Below are positions 38,398-47,933 of a stretch of 64,000 nt of DNA, piece by piece. The notes beneath the pieces are model-generated. The model saw nothing but the letters and a program-made list of their open reading frames with translations, was not told the origin of the DNA and did not search any database. Numbering within the stretch: the stretch's first letter is position 1; the number at the start of each line of letters is the position of its first letter. Source of the stretch: Vulcanimicrobiota bacterium (GTDB lineage: Bacteria; Vulcanimicrobiota; Vulcanimicrobiia; Vulcanimicrobiales; Vulcanimicrobiaceae); contig CAVTWE010000003.1 of assembly GCA_963738335.1 (NCBI GenBank), forward strand, positions 5,433 through 69,432. Direction: 5' to 3'. The position numbers were made by a program, and so were the translations under genes.

Positions 38398-40016
38398 TGC
38401 GGCTCGTCGAGCCATCGAGCGCCGCTATGGCGTAGTTGAAGCGGCCCTGATTTCGAAGCACCGCGCCGCGTCGAGTTCGGCGATTACGCCACGAACGCGG
38501 CCTTCGCGCTCGCCAAGCATGCAAAGCGGCCGCCGAACGAGATCGCCACCCAGATCGCGAAGACGTCCGCGACGACGAACCGGCGACGGCTGCGGCTTTC
38601 GACCAAATCGAAGCAGTCGGCGGCTTTATCAACTTGCGCGTTGCCGCATCGGTATGGCAACAAGAGCTCGCATACGTCTTGCCGCACGGCGAACGTTTCG
38701 GCGCGGCGCCGCCCAACGGCGTACGCGTTTCGCTCGAGTTCGGCAGCGCCAATCCACAGGGCCGCTGGTCGTCGTGCAAGGCCGCTCGATGTCGGTCGGC
38801 GCGACGCTGGCCAATGCAATGCGGTTGCGCGGTTACGACGTCTTCGTCGAATGGATCATCAACGATGCCGGCGGTCAGCTCGATACGATGGCGCGCTCGG
38901 TCTATGCACGTTATCGGGAAGCGTTCGGGGAACCGGCCGAGATGCCCGAAGACGGCTATCCCGGCGACGTACGTCGCCGACCTCGCCAAAGAACTCGCTC
39001 AGCGCGAGGGCGACCGTTGGCTGCGCGCGCCCGAAGACCAATGGCTCTCCTATTTTGGCACGTTTGCCCGCGATCGAATCGTCGCGCAACAGCAGCAGAC
39101 CGCGAAGCGCTTTCGCATTGCGTACGATCGCTGGCAAAGCGAACGCGAGCTGCACGAAACCGGTAAAGTGCGCGAAGGGATCGAGCACTTACGCGAGCTG
39201 GGCCTGACGTACGAACAAGACGGCGCCCTATTCTTTCGCGCGACGCAGTTCAACGACGATAAGGACCGCGTGCTCCTGCGGCGCGACGGTCGCCCAACCT
39301 ATCTTGCCATGGACGTGGCCTATCATTATCAGAAGCTGCGCGACAGCGATCGCGTTGTCGATATTCTTGGACCGGATCACCACGGCTACATCGAGCGTTT
39401 GCAAGGACTCGCATCGGCCTTAGGTTATCCCGGGCATCTCGAAGTGCTCATAGCGCAGCAGATCACGCTGATGCGCGGCAACGAGCAGGTGTCGATGAGC
39501 AAGCGCGCCGGCGACATCGTAGCCCTCGACGAAATTCTCGACGAGGTTGGCGTCGACGCTGCGCGATTCTTCTTCATTATGCCGGCGGTCGAATCGCCGC
39601 TCGCATTCGACTTGAAGTTGGCAGCGGAGAAGGCTAACGAGAATCCGGTCTACTACGTGCAGTACGGTCATGCTCGCATCGCGTCGGTATTGCGCCGCGC
39701 CGATGCGAGCGACGTGCAGGCGGCAAGCACGGCACCGTTCGACGCACTGACGCACCCGTCGGAGATCGCGTTGATCCGCCGCGTCGCAGAGTTTCCCGCC
39801 GTCGTCGCCGACGTGGTAGATCGCTTGGCGCCACACCGGCTGGCGCGCTACGCGCGCGACGTCGCCTCGGACTTCCACCAGTTTTACAGTGACTGCAAAA
39901 TTCTCGACGAGCGGCCCGACCTGCGATTGGCCCGCCTGGCGCTCTGCGTCGCCGCAAAGACGGTGCTTGCAAAAACGCTCGCGCTCGCCGGCGTAACCGC
40001 GCCCGACTCCATGTAG
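38360..40016 (+). pseudogene. argS: arginine--tRNA ligase, at least four apparent frameshifts in the first 600 nt; HIGH motif not recognisable
   Basis: Segments are read in alternating frames: ALRDFHDAARRAIERRYG / PRRVEFGDYATNAAFALAKHAKRPPNEIATQIA / IEAVGGFINLRV...VRVSLEFGSANP / TGPLVVVQGRSMSVGATLANAMRLRGYDVFVEWIINDAGGQ / VADLAKELA...ILGPDHHGYI...VSMSKRAGD...YYVQYGHARI...GVTAPDSM*. Confidence 0.85.
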
Positions 40017-40022
40017 CGCTCG

Positions 40023-41794
40023 GTGGCTCACGCGATTCTCGCAGCCATCTGGCTGATCGGGCTATATTTTGCAGCGCCGCTGCTGCGCGGGAGCGCCGCT
40101 GAGTATCGCCTGACCGACCGGCTGCGCGATACGTTGGTGCTCGGCGCCGCGGTGCCACTGATCTTGGGTGCCGTTGACCTCTTGTACCAATCGCACTCTT
40201 CCTCGCGCTCGCGGTTTGCATCGTGCTCGCGGCGCTGCGTGGCGCTCGCATCACCACGCCGTACGAAGGGCGCCCCCCGTATCTCACGATCGCCGCTGTA
40301 CTCGTCGTTGCATGGCCTCAACTCGTGCGCCCGATTCTCGACGGCGATTCACTCTCGTACCATTTGCCGAATGCGGCGGCGTGGGTGCAGGCCCACTCAT
40401 TGTGGACGACGGCGACGCGCTATTGGTGGTATCCGCCGACCTCCGAGCTTTTTGTCTCCGGTCTCTATGCAACCGGCGGCCCGTTCGCGCTACCGTGGTG
40501 CGGATTGGGCGCCTTGCTTCTACTGGGAACACGGGTCGCGCAGTGGACGCGCGATGCGTTGGGGGATTGGGGTTCCGATACTCTGGCGGCTGCGCTCGTG
40601 ACGGCGTTCCCCTTGGCAATAGCCGCCGGAACGCTGCAGAACGACGTCTGGCTCGCCGCATTTTTCGTTGAGAGCTTATGGACGCTCGAAAAACGCGATG
40701 CGTCCGCAGCGGCGCGTACCGTTGCAGCGACGGTTCTGCTCAAACCGCAAGGCTGGATCTTCGCCGCGATCGCCATGGTAGCGTCGCGAGCTCGGTGGCC
40801 CGTTTGGATCGCCGGCGCCGTTGCCGTCGTAGCCTGGCTGCTGCACGACGCCGTCCTGTTGCCAAGCGCGCTCATGTCGCCGTCTGCCGGCGCTGCGTAC
40901 GTCCATCCTTTCGCGACGACGATCGTCGCGCACGCGCCGCAAGCGTTGTGGTTGCTGCTGCGAGTGACGGCGGCCGCTTCACCATTCGCATGCCTTGCAC
41001 TCGCCGTCGCGCTTTGCGGCCCCATAGTTGCGCGCCGGACGCGCGCCCTTGGCTGGGGGGCGTTCGCGTCGGTGCTGCTGTTTCTCGTCTTGCCGTTCGG
41101 TTATGAAACGAACGTCCCGCAGTTAGCGACCGGAGAATCGCTGCGGTTTGCCGCACCCGCGATGGCTGCCGGCGCCATTCTTGTCGCGCAGCTGTTTCGC
41201 CGCGCCCCCGTGGTTGTCGCTATAGGCTTTGCAGCTTCGGTCATATTCGGCATATGGCGCATTCTGGCGGTGTTCTGGAACGATGGATCGACACGCCTTG
41301 CGATACCGTTGGCGCTCGCGGGCGTGCTGGCCGTGGCACTGGCGTATTGGCATCGCAACGCATGGCCCGCGCTCGCAGCCGCCTTCTGCGGCATCGTGCT
41401 CTCTACGCACCTCGCGGCGCGCCATCCCATCGACTACTACAACGACGCGTTGAACGTCGATGGTAAACCCCCGGGCATCTACCGCTACATCGCGACCACG
41501 CAACCGCGCGCCATAGGCGGTGTGGGTCTGCGGCTCGGCGTCGTCAACGTGCTGTCGCCGCGGACGTCTACGCGAGACCTGCTCGATGCCGGCGCCTGCG
41601 ACGCCGCCCGGCGCTACGATCTTCTGCTCGTTGCGGTCGCGCAGAGCGATCTGCCGCCGAGCGCCAACGGCGCGCGCCTGGCCGCGGCGCGCTCGTGTAC
41701 GCCGGTCGCGTATTCGGATGCGATCGGGGTCGCTAGCGCTTCTCGAGCAGTGCGTGCACCCACGGCGCACCGAAATACCGCCACAGTATTTTGA
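40023..41794 (+). pseudogene. large polytopic membrane protein (GT-C-like putative glycosyltransferase), apparent frameshift near 40190
   Basis: The first helices (VAHAILAAIWLIGLYFAAPLL...LGAAVPLILGAVDLLYQ) are in ORF 40023. The remaining ~12 TM segments are in ORF 40223..41794 (ALFLALAVCIVLAAL... upstream of its first Met). The functional call is tentative. Confidence 0.5.
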
Positions 41795-42800
41795 TCAGTG
41801 CGGCCGCCGGAATTCCCAAGATGAGTCCCGGTATGCCGAACAGTTCGCCGCCTGCAAAGACCGCGAACATCGCGCCGATCGGTGAGACGCCGACCGATTG
41901 TCCCATAATCTTCGGCACCAAAACGTTATCGCTGATCCGCGCCATCGCGAACATGATGATCTGCACCCAAATCACCATGTAGAGGCCTTGGGGGGCGCAG
42001 AGCGGGAGCGCCAGTATTTGCGCGATGAGCATACCGAGAATCGGAATGGCGTAGGCAATGGCGGAGATCACGCCGATGATGACGGAGAACTTAAAGCCCA
42101 GTACTGCGGTGGCGGCGCCGATCACCGCGCCGGTGATCGCGCTGACGATGACTTGGCCCGAGATATAGCGTCCAAAAACTTCGGTTACTTCCGACGAGAG
42201 CCGGCGCGCGGTGTGCCGTTTGCGCGGCGGAAACATCGAGGCGAAGCTGTCGGAGATTTGGGTGTCGTTCAACAGGAAGAAAAACGACAGTACGATCGAG
42301 GAGAAGGCCACAAAGAACGCGGTCAACGTATTCACTGCGATCGCGCCGATCGAGGCGACGCCCGCAGCGATGAAGGCGGAGAGCTGCGTCGTTCCGATGT
42401 GGCTGACGTTGAACGCCGGAAAATGGAGCATCGGGAAGTGTTCTTCCAGCGAACCTTGCCCTTCGACGACCCAACCCTGCGCCGCAGAGGCATAGGTTGG
42501 AAGGTTTGATGCGAGAACCTGTGTTTGCGCGATCGTCAACGGCACCACGACGATAAAGAAGACTGCAATCAACAGCAACAACACGATGAAGACGAGCGTA
42601 ATCGCCACCACCTTGGGCATGCGACGTTCGAGCAGCACGACGATCGGCTGCACGCCAAACGCGATGAACGCGGCGATGACGAAGATCGCGATCGTACGTG
42701 GAATGCGCGACGCAAACCAGAGCGCCGCGAGGGCCAGCACGATAAGCGCCGCGATCCATCCGGCGCGCCGCCAGCCGTCGGTATTCAGAGTGCCTTGCAC
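41733..42800 (-). CDS. AI-2E family transporter (PerM/UPF0118)
   Basis: RYISGQVIVSAITGAVIG...AYAIPILG...ISDNVLVPKIMGQSVGVSPIGAMFAVFAGGELFGIPGLILGIP. Confidence 0.88.
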   Translation of the reverse strand: MQGTLNTDGWRRAGWIAALIVLALAALWFASRIPRTIAIFVIAAFIAFGVQPIVVLLERRMPKVVAITLVFIVLLLLIAVFFIVVVPLTIAQTQVLASNLPTYASAAQGWVVEGQGSLEEHFPMLHFPAFNVSHIGTTQLSAFIAAGVASIGAIAVNTLTAFFVAFSSIVLSFFFLLNDTQISDSFASMFPPRKRHTARRLSSEVTEVFGRYISGQVIVSAITGAVIGAATAVLGFKFSVIIGVISAIAYAIPILGMLIAQILALPLCAPQGLYMVIWVQIIMFAMARISDNVLVPKIMGQSVGVSPIGAMFAVFAGGELFGIPGLILGIPAAALIKILWRYFGAPWVHALLEKR

Positions 42801-43249
42801 AGCAAACGCCGCTCCGTTCGATAGCCGGCCCGCTCGTAGAGCCCGCGGGCGACGGCGTTGTCCTCCGTAACCATCAAGGCCATATACGGTAAACCACGCC
42901 GCCGTGCCTCATCTTCGGCTGCCGCGAGCAGCGCCGCACCGGCGCCCGAGCGTTGGCGAGCCGGGTCAACGGCCATGTAGGCGATGAAACCTTGAGCCGT
43001 CAGCGTTACCTCGTCTGGAAGTTCGTCGAGCAGCAATAGGAAGCCGGCACGGCATCCTTCTTCGGTCGCGATGAAGGCCAGGTGCGACTGCGCCATAACG
43101 ATTTCATCGAGCCGGTCGAACGCTGCAATCGCCAACGTCGAGGTCGTTTGCCGCAGAGTTCCAACGCTCGACATCACCGTTGCGCGCCCGAGCTCTCGCA
43201 CGAACGCATAATCCGCCGCGCCTTCAGCCGGACGTACGTCGAAACTCAC
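42785..43249 (-). CDS. GNAT family N-acetyltransferase
   Basis: IAYMAVDPARQRSGAGAALLAAAEDEARRRG...VTEDNAVARGLYERAGY. I chose GTG 43249, which forms a GTGA overlap with the pyrE stop. Confidence 0.8.
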   Translation of the reverse strand: MSFDVRPAEGAADYAFVRELGRATVMSSVGTLRQTTSTLAIAAFDRLDEIVMAQSHLAFIATEEGCRAGFLLLLDELPDEVTLTAQGFIAYMAVDPARQRSGAGAALLAAAEDEARRRGLPYMALMVTEDNAVARGLYERAGYRTERRLLCKAL

Positions 43250-43833
43250 GCTCGACGCGAACCCGGATCGGAGATCGGCACGCCGGCGCGACATTGGGGA
43301 CAATCACTGGGGTCGTACGATTGCAGCGGCATGTCGAGCAACGCGAAGACTGGAATTTCAGAGCCCCTGCTCGCAGCATCGATCTCACCGCGGGCGATCA
43401 CGACCCCAACGCCGATAATCTCTGCGCCCCGAGTGCGTACGACGCCGAGCACTTCACGGATCGAGAGTCCCGTGGTAACGACGTCTTCGACGACGAGCAC
43501 GCGATCCTCAGGTTCAATCGTAAAACCGCGACGCAGCGCCGCCGCGCCGTTCTCTTTCTCGACGAAAACAAAACGGGTGCCAAGCTGTTTTGCAACCTCG
43601 TACGCAAGCACGATCCCGCCGATTGCCGCGCCGGCGACCAGCGTTGGGCGATCGGCGCGAAACCGCTCGGCAATCGCCGCCGCAACGGGTTGGACGAGCG
43701 ACGGATCCTCGAGCAGACGAAACTTCTGCACGAAGCGGTCGCTGTGCCGCCCCGAACTCAAGCGGAAATGTCCCTCGAGGAGTGCGCCGCGCCGTGCGAG
43801 CAGCTTTTCGAGATCTGCAGCGACGGCGCTCAA
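43246..43833 (-). CDS. pyrE: orotate phosphoribosyltransferase
   Basis: GHFRLSSGRHSDRFVQ...VLVVEDVVTTGLSIRE. Confidence 0.92.
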   Translation of the reverse strand: MSAVAADLEKLLARRGALLEGHFRLSSGRHSDRFVQKFRLLEDPSLVQPVAAAIAERFRADRPTLVAGAAIGGIVLAYEVAKQLGTRFVFVEKENGAAALRRGFTIEPEDRVLVVEDVVTTGLSIREVLGVVRTRGAEIIGVGVVIARGEIDAASRGSEIPVFALLDMPLQSYDPSDCPQCRAGVPISDPGSRRA

Positions 43834-44540
43834 GCGCGAACGCTCATCTCATCGAGAATCGCGCGCGCGGCGGCAAGCGGATTGGGCGCTTCGACGATTG
43901 GACGTCCGACGACGATGTAGTCGGCGCCGTTCGCAACGGCTTCGGCGGGCGTGGTGACACGTCGCTGGTCGTCGTGACCGCTGCCGCGCGGACGAATGCC
44001 GGGCGTGAGCGTAAGAAAGTCCTCGCCGAAGAACTGCTTGAGATCCCGCACTTCTTGCGCGCTGCACACGACGCCGGCGCAGCCGGCATCGCGCGCCAGC
44101 GCCGCGAGCCGTATGGCGTTCTCGCCGGGACCGCCTTGCAATCCCAGCTCGTTAAGCTCCTCGGGAGCAATGCTGGTGAGGAGCGTCACCGCGAAGATTT
44201 GCGGCGGCGAAATGCCGCAGCGCTCCGCGGATTCTGCGGCCTGCGATACGGCCGCGCGCATCATGTCGAGACCACCCAGCGCATGCACGTTGACGATGCA
44301 GACATTGGGCCGCACGAGCTGTGTCATCGCCGCGGCGACCGTGCGTGGGATATCGTGCAACTTGGCGTCGGCGAACACACGCACGTCTCGCGCTTCGCAG
44401 TACGAGAAGATGCGTTCGGAATAACCGTAGAGCGCTTCCAGGCCGATCTTCACGATCACGTCGAGTTCGTAAAGCTGGTCGACGAGCCGTTCGGCATCCT
44501 CCGGCTTTGGAACGTCGAGCGCGACGATCAGTTGCGACAT
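43830..44540 (-). CDS. pyrF: orotidine 5'-phosphate decarboxylase
   Basis: LIVALDVP...VKIGLEAL...FADAKLHDIPRTV...VGRPI. Confidence 0.92.
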   Translation of the reverse strand: MSQLIVALDVPKPEDAERLVDQLYELDVIVKIGLEALYGYSERIFSYCEARDVRVFADAKLHDIPRTVAAAMTQLVRPNVCIVNVHALGGLDMMRAAVSQAAESAERCGISPPQIFAVTLLTSIAPEELNELGLQGGPGENAIRLAALARDAGCAGVVCSAQEVRDLKQFFGEDFLTLTPGIRPRGSGHDDQRRVTTPAEAVANGADYIVVGRPIVEAPNPLAAARAILDEMSVRA

Positions 44541-44544
44541 ATGG

Positions 44545-45507
44545 TTATCCTTCATCTCCTTCGTATTGATCGGGCGTCGCGATGCCGACGTTGGCCCGGC
44601 CGACAAGGTCGCGGACCGCGCCTACGTTGTGCCGCACGAGATAGGCGTCGAGTTCTTCGACGATACGTTCGGGAATGCGCGGGTCGGTGAAGTTCGCCGT
44701 ACCGATCGAAACCGCCGCCGCTCCCGCTAAAAAGAACTCCAGCGCATCGGTGAGGTTTTCGATGCCGCCTTGGCCGATAATGGGAATCGATACGGCACGC
44801 GCGACCTCGTACACCGCAAGAACGGCGATCGGACGAATCGCCGGTCCCGATAGGCCACCGGTGAGGTTGCCTAAACGGGGACGCCACGTTTCGACGTCGA
44901 TCGCCATTCCGCGCACGGTGTTGATCACCGCCAGCGCATCGGCACCGCCGGCCTCCGCTCGGCGCGCGACCGCGGTGATGTCCGTAACGTTGGGCGAGAG
45001 TTTAACGATCAACGTCTTATCGGTCGTTGCTCTCGCCGCTTCGACCACGCGCGCGGTGAGATCCGGATCGCAACCGAAGGTTTCGCCCTCGCGTGCGACA
45101 TTGGGACACGAGACGTTGATCTCGATCGCCGCAATCTCATCGCGCTCCGCAAGCCGCCGGCAAACGTACGCATAATCCTCGACCGAGAAGCCGGCGACGC
45201 TGCCGACGATCGCGCATGGACGGCCGGCGTACTTCTGCAGTTCGTGCTCGAGATACCAGTCGATGCCGGGATTCTGCAAGCCAATCGCGTTGAGCATACC
45301 GGCCGGCGTGTGCACTAAGCGCGGCGTCGCATTGCCCAGGCGCGGTAAGCGCGTCACGCTTTTCAGTACGATGGCACCGATCTTCGAGAGATCGGCAAAC
45401 GGCGCGAACTCTTCACCCGAGCCGTAACAACCGCTGCCCATGAGGGTCGGATAGTGCAGATGCAGCTCGCCGATGGTGACGCCAAGGTCGGCGTGGGCGT
45501 TTACCAC
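44545..45507 (-). CDS. pyrD: dihydroorotate dehydrogenase B, catalytic subunit
   Basis: MGSGCYG...KSVT...GMLNAIGLQNPG...EINVSCPN...KLSPNV...INT...GGLSGPAIRPIA...IIGQGGI. The GTG start overlaps the pyrK stop. Confidence 0.92.
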   Translation of the reverse strand: MVNAHADLGVTIGELHLHYPTLMGSGCYGSGEEFAPFADLSKIGAIVLKSVTRLPRLGNATPRLVHTPAGMLNAIGLQNPGIDWYLEHELQKYAGRPCAIVGSVAGFSVEDYAYVCRRLAERDEIAAIEINVSCPNVAREGETFGCDPDLTARVVEAARATTDKTLIVKLSPNVTDITAVARRAEAGGADALAVINTVRGMAIDVETWRPRLGNLTGGLSGPAIRPIAVLAVYEVARAVSIPIIGQGGIENLTDALEFFLAGAAAVSIGTANFTDPRIPERIVEELDAYLVRHNVGAVRDLVGRANVGIATPDQYEGDEG

Positions 45508-46325
45508 CGCAGCTCGTCGTTCCAAAACACGGGTCCTTCCTTGCAAATGCGCGCGTAGACGACGTCGCTTCCGCCGCGCGCTGCGGGCGGGAAACTCGGT
45601 GCTTGCGCGCTGCGCGCATCGAGCGGCACGACGCACCCCCAGCAACCGCCGACGCCGCAGCCGAACGTTTCTTCCAGCGAAAGTTGTGCCCGCACACCCA
45701 AACGCGATGCGATCGTATCAACCGCGCGTAACATCGGCGACGGCCCGCAGGCAAAAATCGCTTCAGGCGGATCAGCGCGAAGGAGTGCATCCGTGATGAA
45801 TCCATGGGCGCCGGCGGTACCGTCATCCGTCGAGACGATCACGTCGCAGCCGAGCCGTCTGAAACGCTCCGCGTCGACGAGCATGGAGGCGGTTCGTGCG
45901 CCGTAAAAGAGACGCACGCGCACGCCGCGCCGCACCAGCGTTTGCGCGCAAAGCCACACCGATGCGATGCCGACACCGCCGGCCACGATTGCGGCATCCC
46001 GTATGGACGCCGAAGAATCAAAGCCGTTGCCGAGCGGCCCGGTCACGGAAAGGGTATCGCCGATCTGCAAGCCGGAGAGTTCGCGCGTCCGTTTGCCCAT
46101 GACGAAAAAGAGAATGCTCGCGCGGTTGCCTTCCGCTTCATAAATCGCTAATGCGGTTGCCGCCGCTTGCATGCTCGGTGGAATTACCATGAAGTACTGG
46201 CCGGGACGAACGCCGTTCGCAAGAGCCGCCGCTTCCAGCGTCAATACGACGACGCCGGGTGCAGGCTTGCGTCGCTCAACGATCGTCGCGACGCGTACGC
46301 CAGGATGCAGATCAAGCATCGCCAT
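45501..46325 (-). CDS. pyrK: dihydroorotate dehydrogenase B, electron-transfer (FAD/2Fe-2S) subunit
   Basis: GQYFMV...VTGPLGNGF...IVAGGVGIA...ACGPSPM...C-terminal CGVGGCWGCV cluster. Confidence 0.9.
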   Translation of the reverse strand: MAMLDLHPGVRVATIVERRKPAPGVVVLTLEAAALANGVRPGQYFMVIPPSMQAAATALAIYEAEGNRASILFFVMGKRTRELSGLQIGDTLSVTGPLGNGFDSSASIRDAAIVAGGVGIASVWLCAQTLVRRGVRVRLFYGARTASMLVDAERFRRLGCDVIVSTDDGTAGAHGFITDALLRADPPEAIFACGPSPMLRAVDTIASRLGVRAQLSLEETFGCGVGGCWGCVVPLDARSAQAPSFPPAARGGSDVVYARICKEGPVFWNDELRW

Positions 46326-46380
46326 ACCAATCGCATCTTCTGCGAATTTCAGAAAAATCTCCGATTACGGGTGAACACTC

Positions 46381-46409
46381 TTGCTACATAAGCCGTTATA
46401 CTGTATAGA
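46381..46409 (+). promoter_or_regulatory. candidate sigma70-type promoter for the 46-aa ORF
   Basis: TTGCTA, a 17-nt spacer, then TATAGA, in an AT-richer spacer divergent from pyrK. Confidence 0.3.
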
Positions 46410-46441
46410 GAGCGTAAACAACGGGAAAGGAGGCTCCGCAG

Positions 46442-46582
46442 ATGGGAGGTCTTATCGTTTTCAAGTCGCTCGCCGACGCGCTGCGAGCTGGTTATCAGGT
46501 GTACGATCGGACTGCAGATGGATATCTGGTTCGAACTCGTACGGCCGCCGGCTGGGCCATGGCCTTGGTCTCCTGCAAGTAG
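46442..46582 (+). CDS. small hypothetical protein, 46 aa (absent from ORF track)
   Basis: AAAGGAGG lies 8 nt before the ATG. MGGLIVFKSLADALRAGYQVYDRTADGYLVRTRTAAGWAMALVSCK. A strong terminator follows. Confidence 0.55.
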   Translation: MGGLIVFKSLADALRAGYQVYDRTADGYLVRTRTAAGWAMALVSCK

Positions 46583-46606
46583 CAACGTCTTTATTTTATA
46601 AAAAAA

Positions 46607-46645
46607 GTGCCGCCGGCAACCGCCCGGCGGCATTTTTCTTTTTCA
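46607..46645. terminator. bidirectional rho-independent terminator between convergent genes
   Basis: AAAAAAA-GTGCCGCCGG-caaccgc-CCGGCGGCA-TTTTTCTTTTT. Confidence 0.8.
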
Positions 46646-46655
46646 TTCAAGCGTT

Positions 46656-47237
46656 TCAGGTGCGATCTGGCGGCGATACCGGCGGCTCGATTTCCGGATA
46701 CGATCCGGGACGCCATCCGCCGCTCATGTCGCGAGCCGGCGCCGATCCCGGTCCGGGTGCAGGCCCCGCTGCAGGTCCAGGTCCCGGCGGCGCCATATGC
46801 TGCTGCGCCATGGGCGCGCCGAACGATGCGCCGCCCGCTATAGCGCTCACCACTTGCGCGATGCCGACGAACATCGGGATAAGACCGCCCAATAACCACG
46901 GACCGTACGTGAACGTGCCGTCGCGATAGCCGATGAATCCTAAACCGATGAGCAGCGCGAGCCCGACGAAGGCCACTTGAATGCCCCGCCGCAAATGATA
47001 TTGGGCGGCGTAGTGCGCGGTAAGGTCATATCCGGCCGTCCCTTGCGAAGGCGGCGGCGCCCAGCCGCGGCGCATCGCACGATGCCAATCCTTCGAATTC
47101 GGTGGCGGAGTATAGCCCCGCCGCAACATCTCCATGCGTTCTTGGTGTGAGAGTAGGCGAGTCACCAGCCAGACGGCGCACGGTGCGCCGAAGATCAGCG
47201 TGACTGCCAGAGCGGCTACGGCATTGTCATCAATCAT
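46656..47237 (-). CDS. hypothetical membrane protein with Pro/Gly-rich C-terminal tail (divergent from ECF sigma)
   Basis: 193 aa with 3-4 TM segments. The tail is APPGPGPAAGPAPGPGSAP. Confidence 0.6.
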   Translation of the reverse strand: MIDDNAVAALAVTLIFGAPCAVWLVTRLLSHQERMEMLRRGYTPPPNSKDWHRAMRRGWAPPPSQGTAGYDLTAHYAAQYHLRRGIQVAFVGLALLIGLGFIGYRDGTFTYGPWLLGGLIPMFVGIAQVVSAIAGGASFGAPMAQQHMAPPGPGPAAGPAPGPGSAPARDMSGGWRPGSYPEIEPPVSPPDRT

Positions 47238-47345
47238 GGGTGTTCGAGTCCTTCCGTGGTGCCCCGTTCCGGGGTTCTATCCCAGTTACGGCCCGCCGCA
47301 GGTATTGTTTCGAAACCTTTGGGACTACGCGGGCGTACCAATAAC

Positions 47346-47933
47346 GTGTCGGCGCTGCTCACGGAGGCTCCACGCGTGCAACCTAGGACCGCCCCGGACG
47401 ACGGCGAGCTGGTCGCTTTCGCGTTGCAGGGCCATCCCGAAGCGTTTGCCACGCTGGTCGAGCGATACGACCGTGCCGTCTATCATCTGGCCTACCGCAT
47501 GCTTCGCCATGTTGAAGACGCACGCGATGCGACGCAGGAGGCCTTCTTCAAAGCGTTCCGCAGTTTGCATACGTTTCGCCCCGGCGCAAAGTTTTCGACC
47601 TGGATCTTTGCGATCGCCTATCATTCGTGCTGCGACCGCTTGTCGCGGCGCAAACACGACACGGGCGCCGAGATGCCCGACCGCGCCGATCCCGTCGCGG
47701 GACCCGAACAGCAAACGATCGCCGCCGACGAAGCCGCGCGTTTGCGCGCTGCCATCGCGCAGTTGCCCGAGAAATACCGCACCGTCATCACCCTCTTTCA
47801 TCTACAAGGGCGGCAGTACGAGGAGATCGCGGAAGTCCTCGATTTGCCGATGGGTACGGTCAAGACGCATTTATTTCGCGCCAAAGAGCAGTTACGTAAG
47901 CTGCTGACCGACATGGAGGTACACGAATCATGA
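47346..47933 (+). CDS. ECF-type RNA polymerase sigma-70 factor (start uncertain)
   Basis: Region 2: FATLVERYDRAVYHLAYRML...DARDATQEAFFKAF...FSTWIFAIAYHSCCD. Region 4: LPEKYRTVITLFHLQGRQYEEIAEVLDLPMGTVKTHLFRAKEQL. Confidence 0.88.
   Translation: MSALLTEAPRVQPRTAPDDGELVAFALQGHPEAFATLVERYDRAVYHLAYRMLRHVEDARDATQEAFFKAFRSLHTFRPGAKFSTWIFAIAYHSCCDRLSRRKHDTGAEMPDRADPVAGPEQQTIAADEAARLRAAIAQLPEKYRTVITLFHLQGRQYEEIAEVLDLPMGTVKTHLFRAKEQLRKLLTDMEVHES

Noticed and set aside
8570-40200. Programmed ribosomal frameshifting as an explanation for the frame breaks
   Set aside because: I saw no slippery heptamers or downstream pseudoknot-like structures at the sites. Both +1 and -1 directions occur, and unrelated gene families are affected. 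Indel error or decay is far more parsimonious.
46690-46810. Pro/Gly-rich repetitive stretch (GPGPAAGPAPGPG) as a possible tandem repeat or CRISPR-like array
   Set aside because: It is an in-frame low-complexity tail of the 193-aa membrane protein. There is no regular repeat/spacer periodicity.
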